64,000 nt of DNA from Eledone cirrhosa (GCA_964016885.1 OZ024743.1:370574001-370638000), one strand, 5' to 3'. Counted from the stretch's first letter, positions 38,141-55,400 are shown. Made by a program: numbers and translations. Notes: a model not told the origin generated them from the letters alone.

Positions 38141-38775
38141 CATTTGAATAGGTAAATATTTATATTATATTTTTTAATTTTGATTAATTTTAATTGTATA
38201 TTAATTTTGATTTATTTTGAAAAATTGGTTGAATTTTACTTGTTCTGCTTATCTTGATATGTATATATATATGTATATGGAGGGTGACTTTGGACATCCT
38301 GCAGGACTAAAAACAAAACCTGTCAAAGGGCAAAGGAGCTCTTAAGAGTCAATGGCCATCCAAAATCACCGGGAGAGATGACCCCTTAGCCTTTGTCAAG
38401 GCAGAATTCTAGGAGAAGGAAAACTCTGATATAACACCTGCAACCCTGATGGTATCCAATGATGTTGACTTGTTCTTCTTTTTGGTAAATATCATCTTGG
38501 TTAAGAGAGTGGGACTGGCTTTGTGCAGTGCCTTTGCTCACTATAAAAGCTTCACGGCACAGGCTTTGCTTTATATCTGGAGATCTCTCTGCACTTGTCG
38601 TCGGGTGGTGCCATGGGCCCGGCACTGTGTGTCGGTGGTTGTCAGAAGTGTGGTGTTTGTGCCAGAGTTTTCAAGTCGCTGGCTGGACTAGGGGGTCACA
38701 CTCGTTCAGCGCATCCGTAGGGGTTCTCCTACATGGATATAAAGTAGTGGCCGTACTCGAAAACGAGTTGGCAGC

Positions 38776-38806
<31 letters not shown>

Positions 38807-38871
38807 AATGAAAGGTATAGAAAGTATTGTAGCAAGAAGCCAACAGTATTCCATAATATATATATATATAT

Positions 38872-38982
<111 letters not shown>

Positions 38983-39138
38983 CATACATATACATATATA
39001 TATATATGTATCAACAGAGTTTTGCAAATAGTTATAAATTTGCACATAGCATAACTAGGCTGTATAACGACCGTGGAAACATTTGTAAGCACACAGAATA
39101 AATTACCTTTTTATGATGTCTACCTGTTATTATTCATT

Positions 39139-39193
<55 letters not shown>

Positions 39194-39238
39194 CAACATG
39201 ACCCTCCCAAAGTATAACAATATATATATATATATATA

Positions 39239-39330
<92 letters not shown>

Positions 39331-39335
<5 letters not shown>

Positions 39336-39788
39336 CGACGTGGTTAGTCGGTCTGGTCACTATTTCAGATCGGATCTGATATATAGCTCTTAAAAGGACT
39401 GTTATCGCATACGGTCTGACCGGATTTTAGGATAGCCCTTAAAAGGACTGTTGTCACCTACGGTAAGGATGAACAGACGAAAGAACAAGTTGAAAGGACG
39501 AGCAAGGCGAGAGATGTAGTTTCGGTCAGCTATTTATTTTCATACATGAAGCGACGATCCAGAGGTACGTGGCAGAGGAGAGGAAGAACGATACGCGAGC
39601 TGACTCTGCCAAAGGTCGACTGGCGAAAGTGTTTGGAATCACTCTATTTATACAAAAATAATCGTTTGATGTTTAGCCGCTGCGTAGGCGTTTTATTTTG
39701 TGGCTTAAGGGTTGTTTGTTTCACGGTGAGGTAGCTAGCTAAGCAGATAGATAAAGTTGTTTATTTCACAGATGTTATTTCCGGTGGC

Positions 39789-39794
<6 letters not shown>
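39331..39794 (-). mobile_element. Probable solo LTR
   Basis: TGTA..TACA termini; minus-strand TATAAATAG at about 39650 followed by AATAAA at about 39535; TSD obscured by microsatellites. Confidence 0.55.
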
Positions 39795-39839
<45 letters not shown>

Positions 39840-39843
<4 letters not shown>

Positions 39844-40030
39844 TAATAATTGTTTCTGCACAAGGCCAACAATTACCCAGTGTATTACTGCTACTTTATT
39901 TTATCGACCCCGTAAGGATTAAAGGCAAAGTTAACCTCGGCGGGATTTTGAACACAGAATGGCAAGGGCCGTAACTCTATGCGTCAAAGCATGGCGTCTG
40001 ACCCTCTACCGATACTGCCAATCCACCGCC
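39840..40030 (-). mobile_element. tRNA-SINE (same family as 3959)
   Basis: Reverse complement of head, core and (ATT)n tail. Confidence 0.85.
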
Positions 40031-40552
40031 TTTATATTATTATACATATAATAATAATGATACTATATATAGTTATGTATACACTATATACATAAGTCAG
40101 GAAAGGTCAGTAATTTATTACTACCTTATTACCAGTAAGAAAATTATCTCAATGTAAATACATCAGATGTTTTACAGAGCAGGAATATAAATTACACAAT
40201 AATCAAAGTTATGTTCAAATCCTGTGTCAGTGTTGAACAAAGGGGCGACGATGGTTGCCTGAACACTGTACGGCATAATTCGGGCTGTTTGTTTGTTTAC
40301 AAACAAACAAACCGAGCATTATAATAAATGTTCGGTAAACCCATACGTACATATATATATGTGTGTATGTATGTATTCATATACATACTACTGTACGTCT
40401 GTATACATATATGTATGTACGTATATATATATACATACTTGCATTTAAGTATCAGCCGTACTAAGAGTGAGAAATGAAATTTCGTTTCATTCTTTTCCAT
40501 TTATATATATATATATATGTATGTATATTATGTATATATGTATATATATATA

Positions 40553-40745
40553 TAACGAAGGAAATGTGGTAAGGAACCAGATGGACCATAACGCAGCAGA
40601 GTACTCAATACTTAGGGTAGTAGAGTGGGTAATAGGAAAAAGTATGACCCCGACGGCAGAGCTCAAGCCGTTTCGACGGCTATTTCTGAACTGAAATAGC
40701 CGTGGAAACGGCTAGAGCTCTGCCGTCGTGGTCATACTTTTTCCT
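40553..40745. mobile_element. Foldback pLTR tip (family K) holding the 3' half of a hammerhead
   Basis: Arms 40634-40687 and 40694-40746; GAAA cggc..gccg TC; relatives at 37426-37520 and 52120-52256. Confidence 0.75.
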
Positions 40746-40770
40746 ATATATATATATATATATATATATA

Positions 40771-41202
40771 AGTAGAAGGGATATTTAATTTGTTGGAAAT
40801 ACAACAAATAAATATAAATGTTTATAACTGATTCAGAGCACTCGACAGATTTCTGGAGTAAATATTCAATGATATTAAATAAATGGAAACTATATTTATA
40901 AAACCATATTTATTCAATTATATATATTTCAAGGGTACCAAAATTTTGGTACGCTATCATCAGATAAAATACAAAATGTTTTATAAATATTTGACATGAC
41001 CAAGGATAATATACCTTAACGGTTCACTTTCCAGTGATAACTTGAACCGTTAAGGTATATTATCCTTGGTCATGTCAAATATTTTAAAAACATTTTGTAT
41101 TTTATCTGATGATAGCGTACCAAAATGTTGGTACCCTTGAAATATTTATAATTGAATAAATATGGTTTTATAAATATAGTTTCCATTTATTTATTATCAT
41201 TA
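40771..41202. mobile_element. Foldback family A-related element, hammerheads at 40912-40970 (-) and 41099-41157 (+)
   Basis: Arms 40868-41026 and 41043-41202. Confidence 0.88.
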
Positions 41203-41210
41203 TATATACG

Positions 41211-41277
<67 letters not shown>

Positions 41278-41961
41278 ATGTATGTACACATATTTGTATG
41301 TATGTGTATACATATGTGTCTATATTTGTATATGTGTATGTGTGTATGTACCATTATGAATTCTTGTTGTGTGTGTGCCTGCCTGTGTGTACGTGTGTAA
41401 GTGGGCGAGCGTGTGAATGTATATTAAGAGAACATATATTAAGAGAAACTTCACAATAAGGGGAATCACCCCAACACTTGAATCTGTTGATGGAACCCTC
41501 TCTGCCTTTGTCACCCTTATTCCAGCATTAAAGAATTAGCTTCTAAAGAATTTCCCTTTTCTTTAAACCATTGAACCCCACCCATCCTGTAGACACCTGT
41601 CTTACAGGCATTGTTAGTCTAAGTGATAAACTAGGATTGGTATTCCAAATATGATTTTGTTTACAGTATTCTTCCTGCCTTTGTTAATACTATAGCTTTA
41701 AAGAATTAGCTTTTAATGAACTCCCTTTTCTTTAAATCCTTCAACCAATGACCTCCACCCATCCCAATCCCCACCCTCTCCTACCACCAGAAAAGAAAAG
41801 ATATAATTACCACTACTTACTTCGACAGCCAGCTCCCTGATGATTTCTCATGAATGAAACAGTTCTAGTCCTGTAGAACTCTTCTATATTAAAACTTTTA
41901 TACTCTGCTATGTATTGAGTACCTTACTTACTGTGGTTACCTCCGATTCAACCCGGAATAA

Positions 41962-42001
<40 letters not shown>

Positions 42002-42002
<1 letters not shown>

Positions 42003-42925
42003 TAGCAGTGGAACCCGGTGTTGCACGTGATAAGGTATTTTGGAACGCGGGCCGCCAACAAACCTAATCGTGGAAAAACTGCATGCCTGGACAATATGTA
42101 AAGAAAATAAACCGAATACTCTGATGGCTGGATAATTTTTAAGATTTTCCTCGATGAAGCAGGAAAAATGCAGGTTTTCACCTAATGCGGGCCCTAGAGG
42201 ATCAAGAAAATAAATTTGTTTTATGTGCATAATATGCCTTGAAATTTCGGGAAAATCGGCTAGACGTAACGCCTCAAAAAAGCCCTAAAAAGCTGAAAAA
42301 GTGAAGTTTTTCCCCTAATGCGGGCCCTAGGCCATAAAAAAGTTGGATTTTCTTTGCTCATGGTATGAAGAAGAGACTGACTAATACATAGTTACAATTT
42401 CAAGGAAATCAGTCTGACGTAACGCCTCAAAAAAAGTCCCAAAAACCTGAATAAACGCAGTTTTTCACCTAATGCGGATCAAAAAGTTGATTTTTTTTAT
42501 GTGCATAACACTCCCTGAAACATAAGTAATACACATGTCAAGTTTGAAAAAAAGTTGGTTGGGTGCTTCTCGAGTTTTAGGGATTCAAACTCACAGACAC
42601 ACACACATACAGACAGACATTCTCAGGAAAGTGACGTAATGCAGACTGCCAGACATACAGACAGATATTATAAGGGCACGACGTTATATGTATGTATCTA
42701 TCTAAAAAGAGAAAGACTAAGAATTATAGAGAGAGATCGCTAAATCGCCTAATGCGGTCCCTAGGGCATTGAAAATTTGAAATTTTCTTTTGCTCAGAAC
42801 ACTCCCTGAAACATAAGTATTACATGTGTAAAGTTTGAAAACAGTCGGTTGGGTGGTTCTCGAGTTTTAGGGATTCAAACTCGCACACACACACAGACAG
42901 ACATCCTCAGTTGTATATATATAGA
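42002..42925 (-). mobile_element. Non-autonomous Helitron
   Basis: Minus strand A|TCtatatata..cgggttccactgCTAG|T; internal repeats; shares blocks with 42982-43569. Confidence 0.85.
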
Positions 42926-44927
<2,002 letters not shown>

Positions 44928-45227
44928 ATAATAATAAATTCGAAGACTAAAATCCAAAGAGGGCTCGATAAGGATAAATATATATCAAATATATAAGAAC
45001 CGTAGAGCAAATATTTATTAAAATAACAGATTAAAGTTTAAGCAAAGAATCGCTGCTTTCACCCTTAACGGGATCTTCTGAAACTAAAAAAGTCAATCTG
45101 TGAACGCAGAAGTAAATATTTCAAAAAACGTTGCAACCGGAGGAAGACAGGCAAACGATACTTTGGTTCGTGGAAACGTTCCCCGGCAAAGAACGAAAAA
45201 AAACGAAGATAATACGTCATTATTTGG

Positions 45228-45418
45228 GTAGGGCGGTGGATTGGCAGTATAGGTAGAGGGTCGGACGCCATGCGTTGACGCATAGAGTTACGGCCCTTGC
45301 CATTCTGAGTTCAAATCCCGCCGAGGCTAACTTTTCCTTTCATCGTTACGGGGTCGATAAAATAAAGTACCACTGGATAATTGCTGGCTTTGTGCCAAAA
45401 GTAGAAACAATTATTTGG
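45228..45418 (+). mobile_element. tRNA-SINE nested in pLTR with TSD attatttgg
   Basis: attatttgg at 45219-45227 and 45410-45418; single site in the other arm (ccaaataat at about 48363). Confidence 0.85.
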
Positions 45419-45699
45419 AGCGGTGAAAACAATTACACGCAAAGACAAAACCACGTTTATGGTATAAATGAAGTCGTAGACTAATATTCTATTGTTGTGG
45501 TTCATGGAGACGTTCTCTAGCAATGAACGAAAAAAACGAAGATAATACATCATTATGTGGGGCGGGAGAACAATTGCACGCAAAGACAAAACCAAGTAAA
45601 TGGTATAACTGAAGTCGTAGACTAAAATTCTAACTAGGAAACCGAATGATTCTCGGCTTCAGAGTTAAGAATAAAGTAAATAAAATACAGAGATAATTA

Positions 45700-47660
45700 G
45701 CCAACAAACAGGATAAATTTGGGTGTAAAACCTATAATAACCCTCCGAGTAACCCAGCATTGCTACCCTTCGAAAATGATGTCTTGGAACTCATACGGAG
45801 TATCAAATTTCAGAATAGGAGCAATCCTTCCAGCAGGACCTGAAGCGTGGAATTCGTTCTATTGAGGATTCTAATGCCGTACACGTCCACTCCGACAAAA
45901 CTGGCAATCTAAATCAAGTGGAGCGCAGTACTTACCATCAACTGCTAAATAATGCTGTAACTAAGGCTTACCGTAAAACTGATCGAAGCGTCATTAATGA
46001 AATCAACAATGCAGGGTTCAAAATCACCGCTGATCTCAACATCCTGGACCGGACTGAACTTCTGGACCCTATTTCTCCCCCACTTTACCCTGAAGGATCA
46101 CAAATCCTATTTCCCGAACAACTCCTCTATTCGGCTTATTAACCCTATGAAGTCCGATTTAGGTAGACTTAGTAAAAGGGTTCTTGATAGAATTATACCT
46201 GAAATTAGAAGTTTGGCCCCTCTTGCACTGTGGAATAATTCTTTCGCGGTGATTGATTGGTTCAACGGCATATGCAACAAGGAACATTGCCGTTTTATCC
46301 AATTCGACATCAATAATTACTACTCCTCCATCACTTTACCACTTCTCCTTAGAGCTATCAATTTCGCTAAAACAATCACAGTGGTTAAGGATTTCAAAGT
46401 TGATGTCATCCTCAATACCCGTAAGTCGGTGATTTATTTCGACGACTCTATTTGGATTAAAAAATCTAATAGTACCCTATTCGACGTGAGTATGGGTGCC
46501 AGCGATTCTGCGGAGGTTACTGATCTTATCGGCCTTTTCCTTCTTTTCTCAATCAAGGAAGAATTCCCGAACGTGGGCAGTGGTTTGTACCGTGATGATG
46601 GTCTTTTGACCATGACAAAGTGCGGCCCATGTGCTTGCGACAGGTTCAGAAAAGAACTCACAGCCTTCTTTAAAGGTGTCAACCTCTCCATACAGGTTGA
46701 GGCCAACCTCTCGGTCGTTAATTACCTCGACGTTACCCTCAATTTGTCGAATGGCTTGCACTACCCGGATAGAAAGCCGAATGATACGCTTAATTACATA
46801 AGTAAGCATTCTAACCATCCTGCCAGCATAACCAAGAACCTGGTAAGAGACGTTTCTTTGAGGCTTTCCGTCTATCTACTAGCATATTTTCAACGACCAT
46901 TCCACATATTACAATGAAGCTCTTGCTCGGGGTGGATTTGTCGATAAGGTAGCATATACTGAGTACGAGAATAGACCTAGGAAAAATAGATCCCGACGCA
47001 TTATATGGTGTAACCCACCATATAATATGGAGGTAGCTAAGATCTTTCTCTCCCTTTTTATGAAGCATTTACCCCCAGCACATAAATATAGTAACATTTT
47101 TAATAGAAATACCATTAAAATGTCTTACTCTACGACTCCTAACCTTGCACATAACATCACTGCTTCAAATTTAGCTAAACTACCTAGCCGTAGTAATACG
47201 TGCAACCCTGTAGCTAGTATTAACTGTAATCGTAGGAATCGGGTTGGCTGCCCCCTATCCGGTAAATGCCTCTCTAGTAACATTGTCTACAAATGTAAGG
47301 TTGAAACACCCACGTCACGTAGGGCCTACATAGGGTTAACCGCCAATAGATTCAAGCAGCGTCTTTACATGCATACCCATTCTTTTCTTAACCCTTTAAG
47401 AAGGAATATGACGTCACTTTCAGCTTATATCTGGAGTCTAAAGGACAACCACACCCAATATAAATTATACTGGGAGATCCTAGCTAAAGTTAGATCGTAT
47501 AACGGAAATAAAAGATCATATGACCTCTGCGCCGCTGAGGCGCTGGAAATACTCTACGCCAAAGATCACACACATCTTAAACAAAAAATCTGAGGCAATT
47601 TCGGCTTGTAAACATAAATTGCACAAAACTTTGCTGTATTACAGCCCCACATTATACCCT
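45700..47660 (+). pseudogene. Frameshifted PLE RT-GIY-YIG ORF
   Basis: ORFs 45918-46142, 45997-46917 and 47027-47593 in motif order. Confidence 0.85.
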
Positions 47661-48566
47661 AACGGATAGTACGAGCTATACGCGGATATTTTACGTCTTG
47701 ATGTGGTAGCTAAGTATATGTTATGTTTATACCATTACTTATTTGCATAGGTAAGTATATATTACCTGTATGTTTTTTTAAGGTACGTATACTTTCTCGT
47801 ACGTATATTTGCTTGTATATGTTATGGCGTATATATTATATATTCTGGTACATGAGCATTTGGTTATGTGTATACGCGAGTTTTGCATCTGTGTGAGTAT
47901 GCGGGCTCGTACGTATGTAGGGTGTGTGTATATGTGTACTTTGTGGTTTTGGTCGACGTACGTCTGCGAACATATGTGTTTTTACATGTAGGTATGTGTG
48001 TGCGCGCGTTATATACGTATTTATTTATTTATTTATATACGTTTAATTAATTATGTGTATACACGCACACACACATATATAAATATTTTTTTATATATAT
48101 TTTTATGTGTATTTGGTGTATAGTTCGTATGTGTGCGGGTACAGGCGTTGCGTGGGTTCTGTATGTGCGTGCGGGGTTTTTTATGTACGTGCTTGTATTT
48201 GTATACCTATGGCGAGTGTTTTCGCGTATGCTTGTGTGTGTACGTATATGGATGCTTCAGAGAAGCCGAGAATCATTCGGTTTCCGAGTTAGAATTTTAG
48301 TCTACGACTTCATTTATACCATAAACGTGGTTTTGTCTTTGCGTGTAATTGTTTTCATCGCTCCAAATAATGACGTATTATCTTCGTTTTTTTTTCGTTA
48401 TTTGCCAGGGAACTTTTCCACGAACCTAAATATCGTCTTCCTGTCTTCCTCCGGTTGCAACGTTTTTTGAAATATTTACTTCTGCGTTCACAGATTGACT
48501 TTTTCAGAAGATCCTGTTAAGGGTGAAAGCAGCGATTCTTTGCTTAAACTTTAATCTGTTATTTTA

Positions 48567-49328
<762 letters not shown>

Positions 49329-49344
49329 TAGATAGATATATATA

Positions 49345-50099
49345 TATAAAGATTTACATATACACAAACTAGACAAAGTCATATATATATATGTGTTTTG
49401 GCAACCATTATATGTTTTGGTAACCATATATATGTTTTGGCAACCATTCACGATGTGGCTCAATGACGAATTAATTAAATAATCAGAGCAATATACAATA
49501 AAATATGTCCATAGAATCATTTGATAAGATTTATACACCATCTCCTCTCCGAATCACCATAATCAACCACACAAAAAAAACAATTAAACCAGATTAAAAG
49601 GCACCTATGAAGAAATAATAGATAAATAAACGACAGCCATCTATTCGCGATCAACAGCTATAGAATATTTACCCAGCATTTCAATAGCACGTGGAAATCG
49701 ATTAAATATATCGTCAACCATACACAATTAGGCATAAAATTAAAGTTAGAAGAAAAAATGTATATAAACATACCAAGATTACGTTTCTATCCCATGAGAT
49801 TTCATTCGCTTTTGGAAATATCCGATGAAGGATAAATTCACGAGCTTCGAAATCACCAGGAAACAAACTCACTTGGAGACGAAGATTTTTCTTAAATGAT
49901 CCCCGCCAGAAACGAATTCAAAATGGCTAAGAACTGTGACGTGGCAGTGGTCAAGTCAGAAAGAATGTGATTGGTGCCTTACGGTGAGTGGGCTGGTTGC
50001 TAGAAAGCTCAGCCTAATATTGCCTAAATTGCATCTCAACCTTATGGGAGATTATCAAATATAAAGATTTACATATACACAAACTAGACAAAGTCATAG

Positions 50100-50130
<31 letters not shown>

Positions 50131-50212
50131 TTTGGCAACCATTCACGATGTGGCTCAATGACGAATTAATTAATTAAATAATCATACAATAAAGTATGTC
50201 CATAGAATCATG
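49345..50212. repeat. Segment bounded by roughly 160-bp direct repeats
   Basis: ataaagatttacatatacacaaactagacaaagtcata..tatgtccatagaatcat at 49346 and 50061. Confidence 0.75.
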
Positions 50213-50213
50213 T

Positions 50214-50267
<54 letters not shown>

Positions 50268-50270
<3 letters not shown>

Positions 50271-51337
50271 TTATACCAATGCACAGTGGAATCAGACAAC
50301 CAGAAATGGTATTATATCGGAGCAACTGGGAATACATTTAAAGCCCGTTGGTATACACACCGTTACGCAATGAAACATTCCCAGCATCGTTATGTAACTA
50401 CTCTTGCAAACAAGACCTGGCAACTGAGGGAAAGTAACCATCAATACACCCTAAAGTGGAAAAAATTATCGAACGCGCCCCGATATCGGAGTGGTATGAG
50501 AAGCTGTCGATTATGTGACCTTGAGCTGTTCCACATTTTGAGTTCGAAGAATAAGTTACTGAACAATAAAATCGAAAGATCAATTTATTGTAAACATAGA
50601 CTCAAAGAAAAGTTTTCGCACTACAAGTGCAAATCGAACCCTTAACCTCTTACTACCAACTGACAAACTGCATATACTTAGACTTTATACCCTCTTATTG
50701 TATCTAACCCATTTAATTACCCACAAAAACCAATACCTATATCCCTCCCTTCTCCTTCATTCCTCTTCTATTTCTTTTCTTTTCTTCTTTCTCCCCCCCC
50801 CCCTTTACTTTTATTTTTATCATTATGATTTGTATCTTTATTTTTTATATATGCATATATATATATATATTTATCTCTTTATCTCTTCCCCCCTCTCCCT
50901 CTCTCCATCCCTCCCACTATGATCAATTTAATTCTCTTTAACTCACTACATTCACAGTCATGAAGTCTACATATCAAAACTCTACCACCTCTTCCACCTC
51001 TACCCCTCACTCCATCTCAGTTTGTCACTCTACTTCCTAACTCTTCTCCCCCTTCCTCTCTCTCTATACTATTCCGTCTGTCCCCTCACTATCTAATTCC
51101 TCTTCCTCTCTCTCTATACTAGTAAATACAATTCCCAAAAAATGTTTTTCTCTATATTAAGAACTATTTCAAGAGTAACTTACTCACTATTTTGAAAATG
51201 TGGACGTAAACAACAATTATCATTGAGTGGCTGCTGTTTGCAGTATAGCAATATAAGGTTGCACTTACCAATGAAACGGTCGTAAATACCTGGATAAAAT
51301 CCTTCTCTTAATGCTTACCTGTGTTTTCTCTTTTATA
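50268..51337 (+). mobile_element. 3' fragment of a Hydra-like PLE (GIY-YIG + 3' UTR)
   Basis: LYQCTV..YYIGATGNTFKARW..H, CRLC..E, CKH; (TA)n on both sides. Confidence 0.8.
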
Positions 51338-51355
51338 CTATATATATATATACAC

Positions 51356-51519
<164 letters not shown>

Positions 51520-51542
51520 GTATACATATATATATATTAATA

Positions 51543-51576
<34 letters not shown>

Positions 51577-51612
51577 AATATATATATACATATATATATA
51601 TATAAATATATA

Positions 51613-51751
<139 letters not shown>

Positions 51752-51834
51752 GTGGGAGGTGAGTTTTATTTTAGTATGTTGATTTAAAACTGCACTATTC
51801 ACAAGTGTGTTTTAACCTTCATATCATGTCTCCC

Positions 51835-51905
51835 TATTTTATCTGACGAAAACGCAAATGTTATTGCATGATGATATTTGTTTTTGAAATGCGCATAATA
51901 AAATA
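51835..51905 (+). ncRNA. Hammerhead motif (family H)
   Basis: tattttat CTGACGA aaa C gcaaatgttatt-gcat-gatgatatttgt T ttt GAAA tgcgca TA ataaaata. Confidence 0.8.
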
Positions 51906-52010
51906 CATGGAAATCTTTTAACCATCTTTTGATCTTATGAATTATTATATATATATATATACATATATATATATAAATATATATGTATATATATATATAT
52001 GTATATATAC

Positions 52011-52043
<33 letters not shown>

Positions 52044-52056
52044 CATATATATACAC

Positions 52057-52103
<47 letters not shown>

Positions 52104-52261
52104 CATGTATATATATGTATAGGAACAAATATGACCCCGACGGCAGAGCTCAAGCCGTTTCGACGCCTATTTCCTATTACCCACTCTACTACCCTAAGTA
52201 TTGAGTACTTTGGTGCGTTATGGTCTATCTGGTTCCTTACCACAATTCCTTCGTTATATAC

Positions 52262-52500
52262 ACATGTCGTGCGCATGGAGGATGACCGCCGGGTAAAGAA
52301 GTGCCAAGAAATCCCAGTAGAAGGAAGACGCAGTAGCGGTAGACCACATAAACCATAGGCAGGGGTGGTGAGAGCAGACCTCAGATCGCTGAAACTCACC
52401 GAGGAGATGACGAAGGACCGTCACAAGTGGAGAGATGCTGTGCTGAATAGGACCATTGCAAGCAGGGAAAAGCGATCATAAAATGATGATGATGATGATA
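52262..52500 (+). mobile_element. RTE-clade LINE 3' tip with (GAT)n tail
   Basis: [23 protein letters not shown]. Confidence 0.75.
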
Positions 52501-52658
52501 TATATATACATATATACATATATATACATATATATATATATATGAGCGGAACAAGTAAACTTTAAACAATCTTTTAAATAAATTAAAATATGATATTTAA
52601 ATATTTACCTCTTCTAGTGCCATGACCGACGGTTTCGCTTATCAAAAGATTGGAATGG

Positions 52659-52714
<56 letters not shown>

Positions 52715-52723
52715 TTATATATA

Positions 52724-52776
<53 letters not shown>

Positions 52777-53089
52777 TTATATATATGAATATATATATGT
52801 GTATATATATATATATATATATTGGTAAACAGAATAGAAAATGCTGACAAATTGTTGACAGTTGAAAAATGGTTTAATTAGGGATAAAAGAGTATTAGTA
52901 ATTGTATGGGTTAGTATTCAGTTGTGGTTTTAAGTTTTTAAGTTTTTACCGGTTGCGCATTTCTAAATGCTTTTCAAAAATAATTTTGAGATAGAGTGTC
53001 CGTGCTGTTCGCTCTGATCCAAGAGAAAAATAATGTAAAGTTAAGGTTTGTATAATATATATACATATATATATATATATATGTACATA

Positions 53090-53194
<105 letters not shown>

Positions 53195-53612
53195 GTACAT
53201 ATATATATATATATATGTATATATATTATTAAACCCTTCAATATACAAACCTTAACTTTACATTATTTTTCTCTTCGTTAATTTTCAAATTCTTTTAATT
53301 TATACATTATCTTTCAACGGTTTTCAACCTCTCTATGTAAAACAATATATTTTTCTCAGTTATAAAAGCTATCTCTCTCTCTCTATCACCCATCTCTCCT
53401 CCTATCTCATCCTTCCTCATTATACTCCTCCCTCTCCACTTTTTACTCTCATCTCCTCCTCTTTTTCATCCTTTCCAACCCCCAACCCCCATCCCCTCAA
53501 AATAAAATATATTTTTTTCCCAAATCACACATCAATCTAAAACTACTTTTCATATGTTGATTTAAAACTGCACTATCCACAAGTGTTTTTTAACCTTCAT
53601 ATCATGTCTTCC

Positions 53613-53686
53613 TGTTTTATCTGATGAAAACACAAATATTATTGCATGATGATGATATTTGTTTTTGAAATGCGCATAATAAAATA
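53613..53686 (+). ncRNA. Hammerhead motif (family H, second copy)
   Basis: tgttttat CTGATGA aaa C acaaatattatt..gatgatatttgt T ttt GAAA tgcgca TA ataaaata. Confidence 0.8.
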
Positions 53687-53727
53687 CATGGAACTCTTTT
53701 AACCATCTTTTGTTCTTATATATTATC

Positions 53728-53761
<34 letters not shown>

Positions 53762-53807
53762 TGTGTATATATATGTATTTATATATATATATATATGTAT
53801 ATATATG

Positions 53808-54310
<503 letters not shown>

Positions 54311-54419
54311 TAGTTCAACTTGGCTAGTTGCACTTCACTTGTGATTTAATTTAATGACAATCTAATGATGTGATTCTAACAATAATAAATACACAAATAA
54401 TTTTTTTCTATTTCAATAG

Positions 54420-54457
54420 GAAATGTAAAGTCATAATGCTGAACTGTAGTAGGCAAC
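54420..54457 (+). CDS. Small exon of a host S1 serine protease (linker, KCKVIMLNCSRQ)
   Basis: tttttttctatttcaatAG acceptor, GTAAGT donor; phase-1 end joins the next exon as C+AA. Confidence 0.7.
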
Positions 54458-55231
54458 GTAAGTAAATTGAAATTAATATAAATTCTCTATATAAGTGTGT
54501 ATGGTCCTGTTACTCCTGGGGTAGTCATAGGGCTTCCATATTGACATACAGAATTTCTAGGCATTTTTAAAACCATGTGGAGCCCATCTCCTCTCCAGCT
54601 CTGAATGCAATAGATTTCTTTCAGAGAAGGATAAAGAGTGAGAGAATGGAAGTGAGAAAGAAATATAGAGGAAGAATTGAACCTGGTACTAGACTGGTAC
54701 TTTTTTAGCAATCTCAAATGGATGAAATGTAAAGTTGAGCTCAGCAGGATTTGAATTCAGAAAGCAGAGAGCCAGAATGAATACTACATTCTATCCAATG
54801 TTCTAATGACTTTATCAATTCATTGCCTTGAACAAGCATGAACACATATCTAATATCTAAATACTTGATCATTTAAAGGGTTTGTAGTTTGAAGAGACAT
54901 GTGAATAAAGAAAAAAGTCCTGGTAGTGGTTTTGGGAAAAATGAAAAGATTAAGATAGAACATTTGTGTATAAATGTTAAGCTAAAGACCTAAAAATCAA
55001 GTATTTCCGTTCATAATTAATTTTCTACAAATCTCTTATTTTGCTTTGCGTTGCCGAATCAGTTTGAAAACTGATTTTAGTGTTAAAAATCTGGTGAAAG
55101 AAAGAAAATATAGCTCAGCTTTTAAAATTTTATACAAATTGTAGCTTTTAATTTTATTTTACTTTAGTACTTTGCATATTTTCATACTAATTAAACAAAG
55201 AATATTTCAAAAACTTTCTCAATACCTTCAG

Positions 55232-55400
55232 AATGTGGAATTCAAAAAAGGAATTTTATTGAACCCAATATCCGATATGGACAAAATGCTTTGCAAGGTG
55301 AATGGCCATGGACTGTACAAATTTATCAGAGCTCCACTTTTATATGTACTGGTATCTTGATTAGCAGACACTATGTGCTTACAGCTGCTCATTGCTTACG
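55232..55400 (+). CDS. Exon of a host trypsin-like (S1) serine protease: activation region and catalytic His
   Basis: CGIQKRNFIEPNIRYGQNALQGEWPWTVQIYQSSTFICTGILISRHYVLTAAHCL; ccttcAG acceptor and GTAAGT donor. Confidence 0.92.

Noticed and set aside
38280-38779. Minus-strand fragment possibly from a LINE 5' end or ORF1
   Set aside because: Too little recognisable motif to call
41833-41885. CTGATGA..GAAA in element 41437-41964
   Set aside because: No convincing stem I; degenerate
51215-51290. GAAAcggtcGTA hammerhead-like 3' half (similar half at 52617-52645, minus)
   Set aside because: No recognisable CUGANGA core with matching stems
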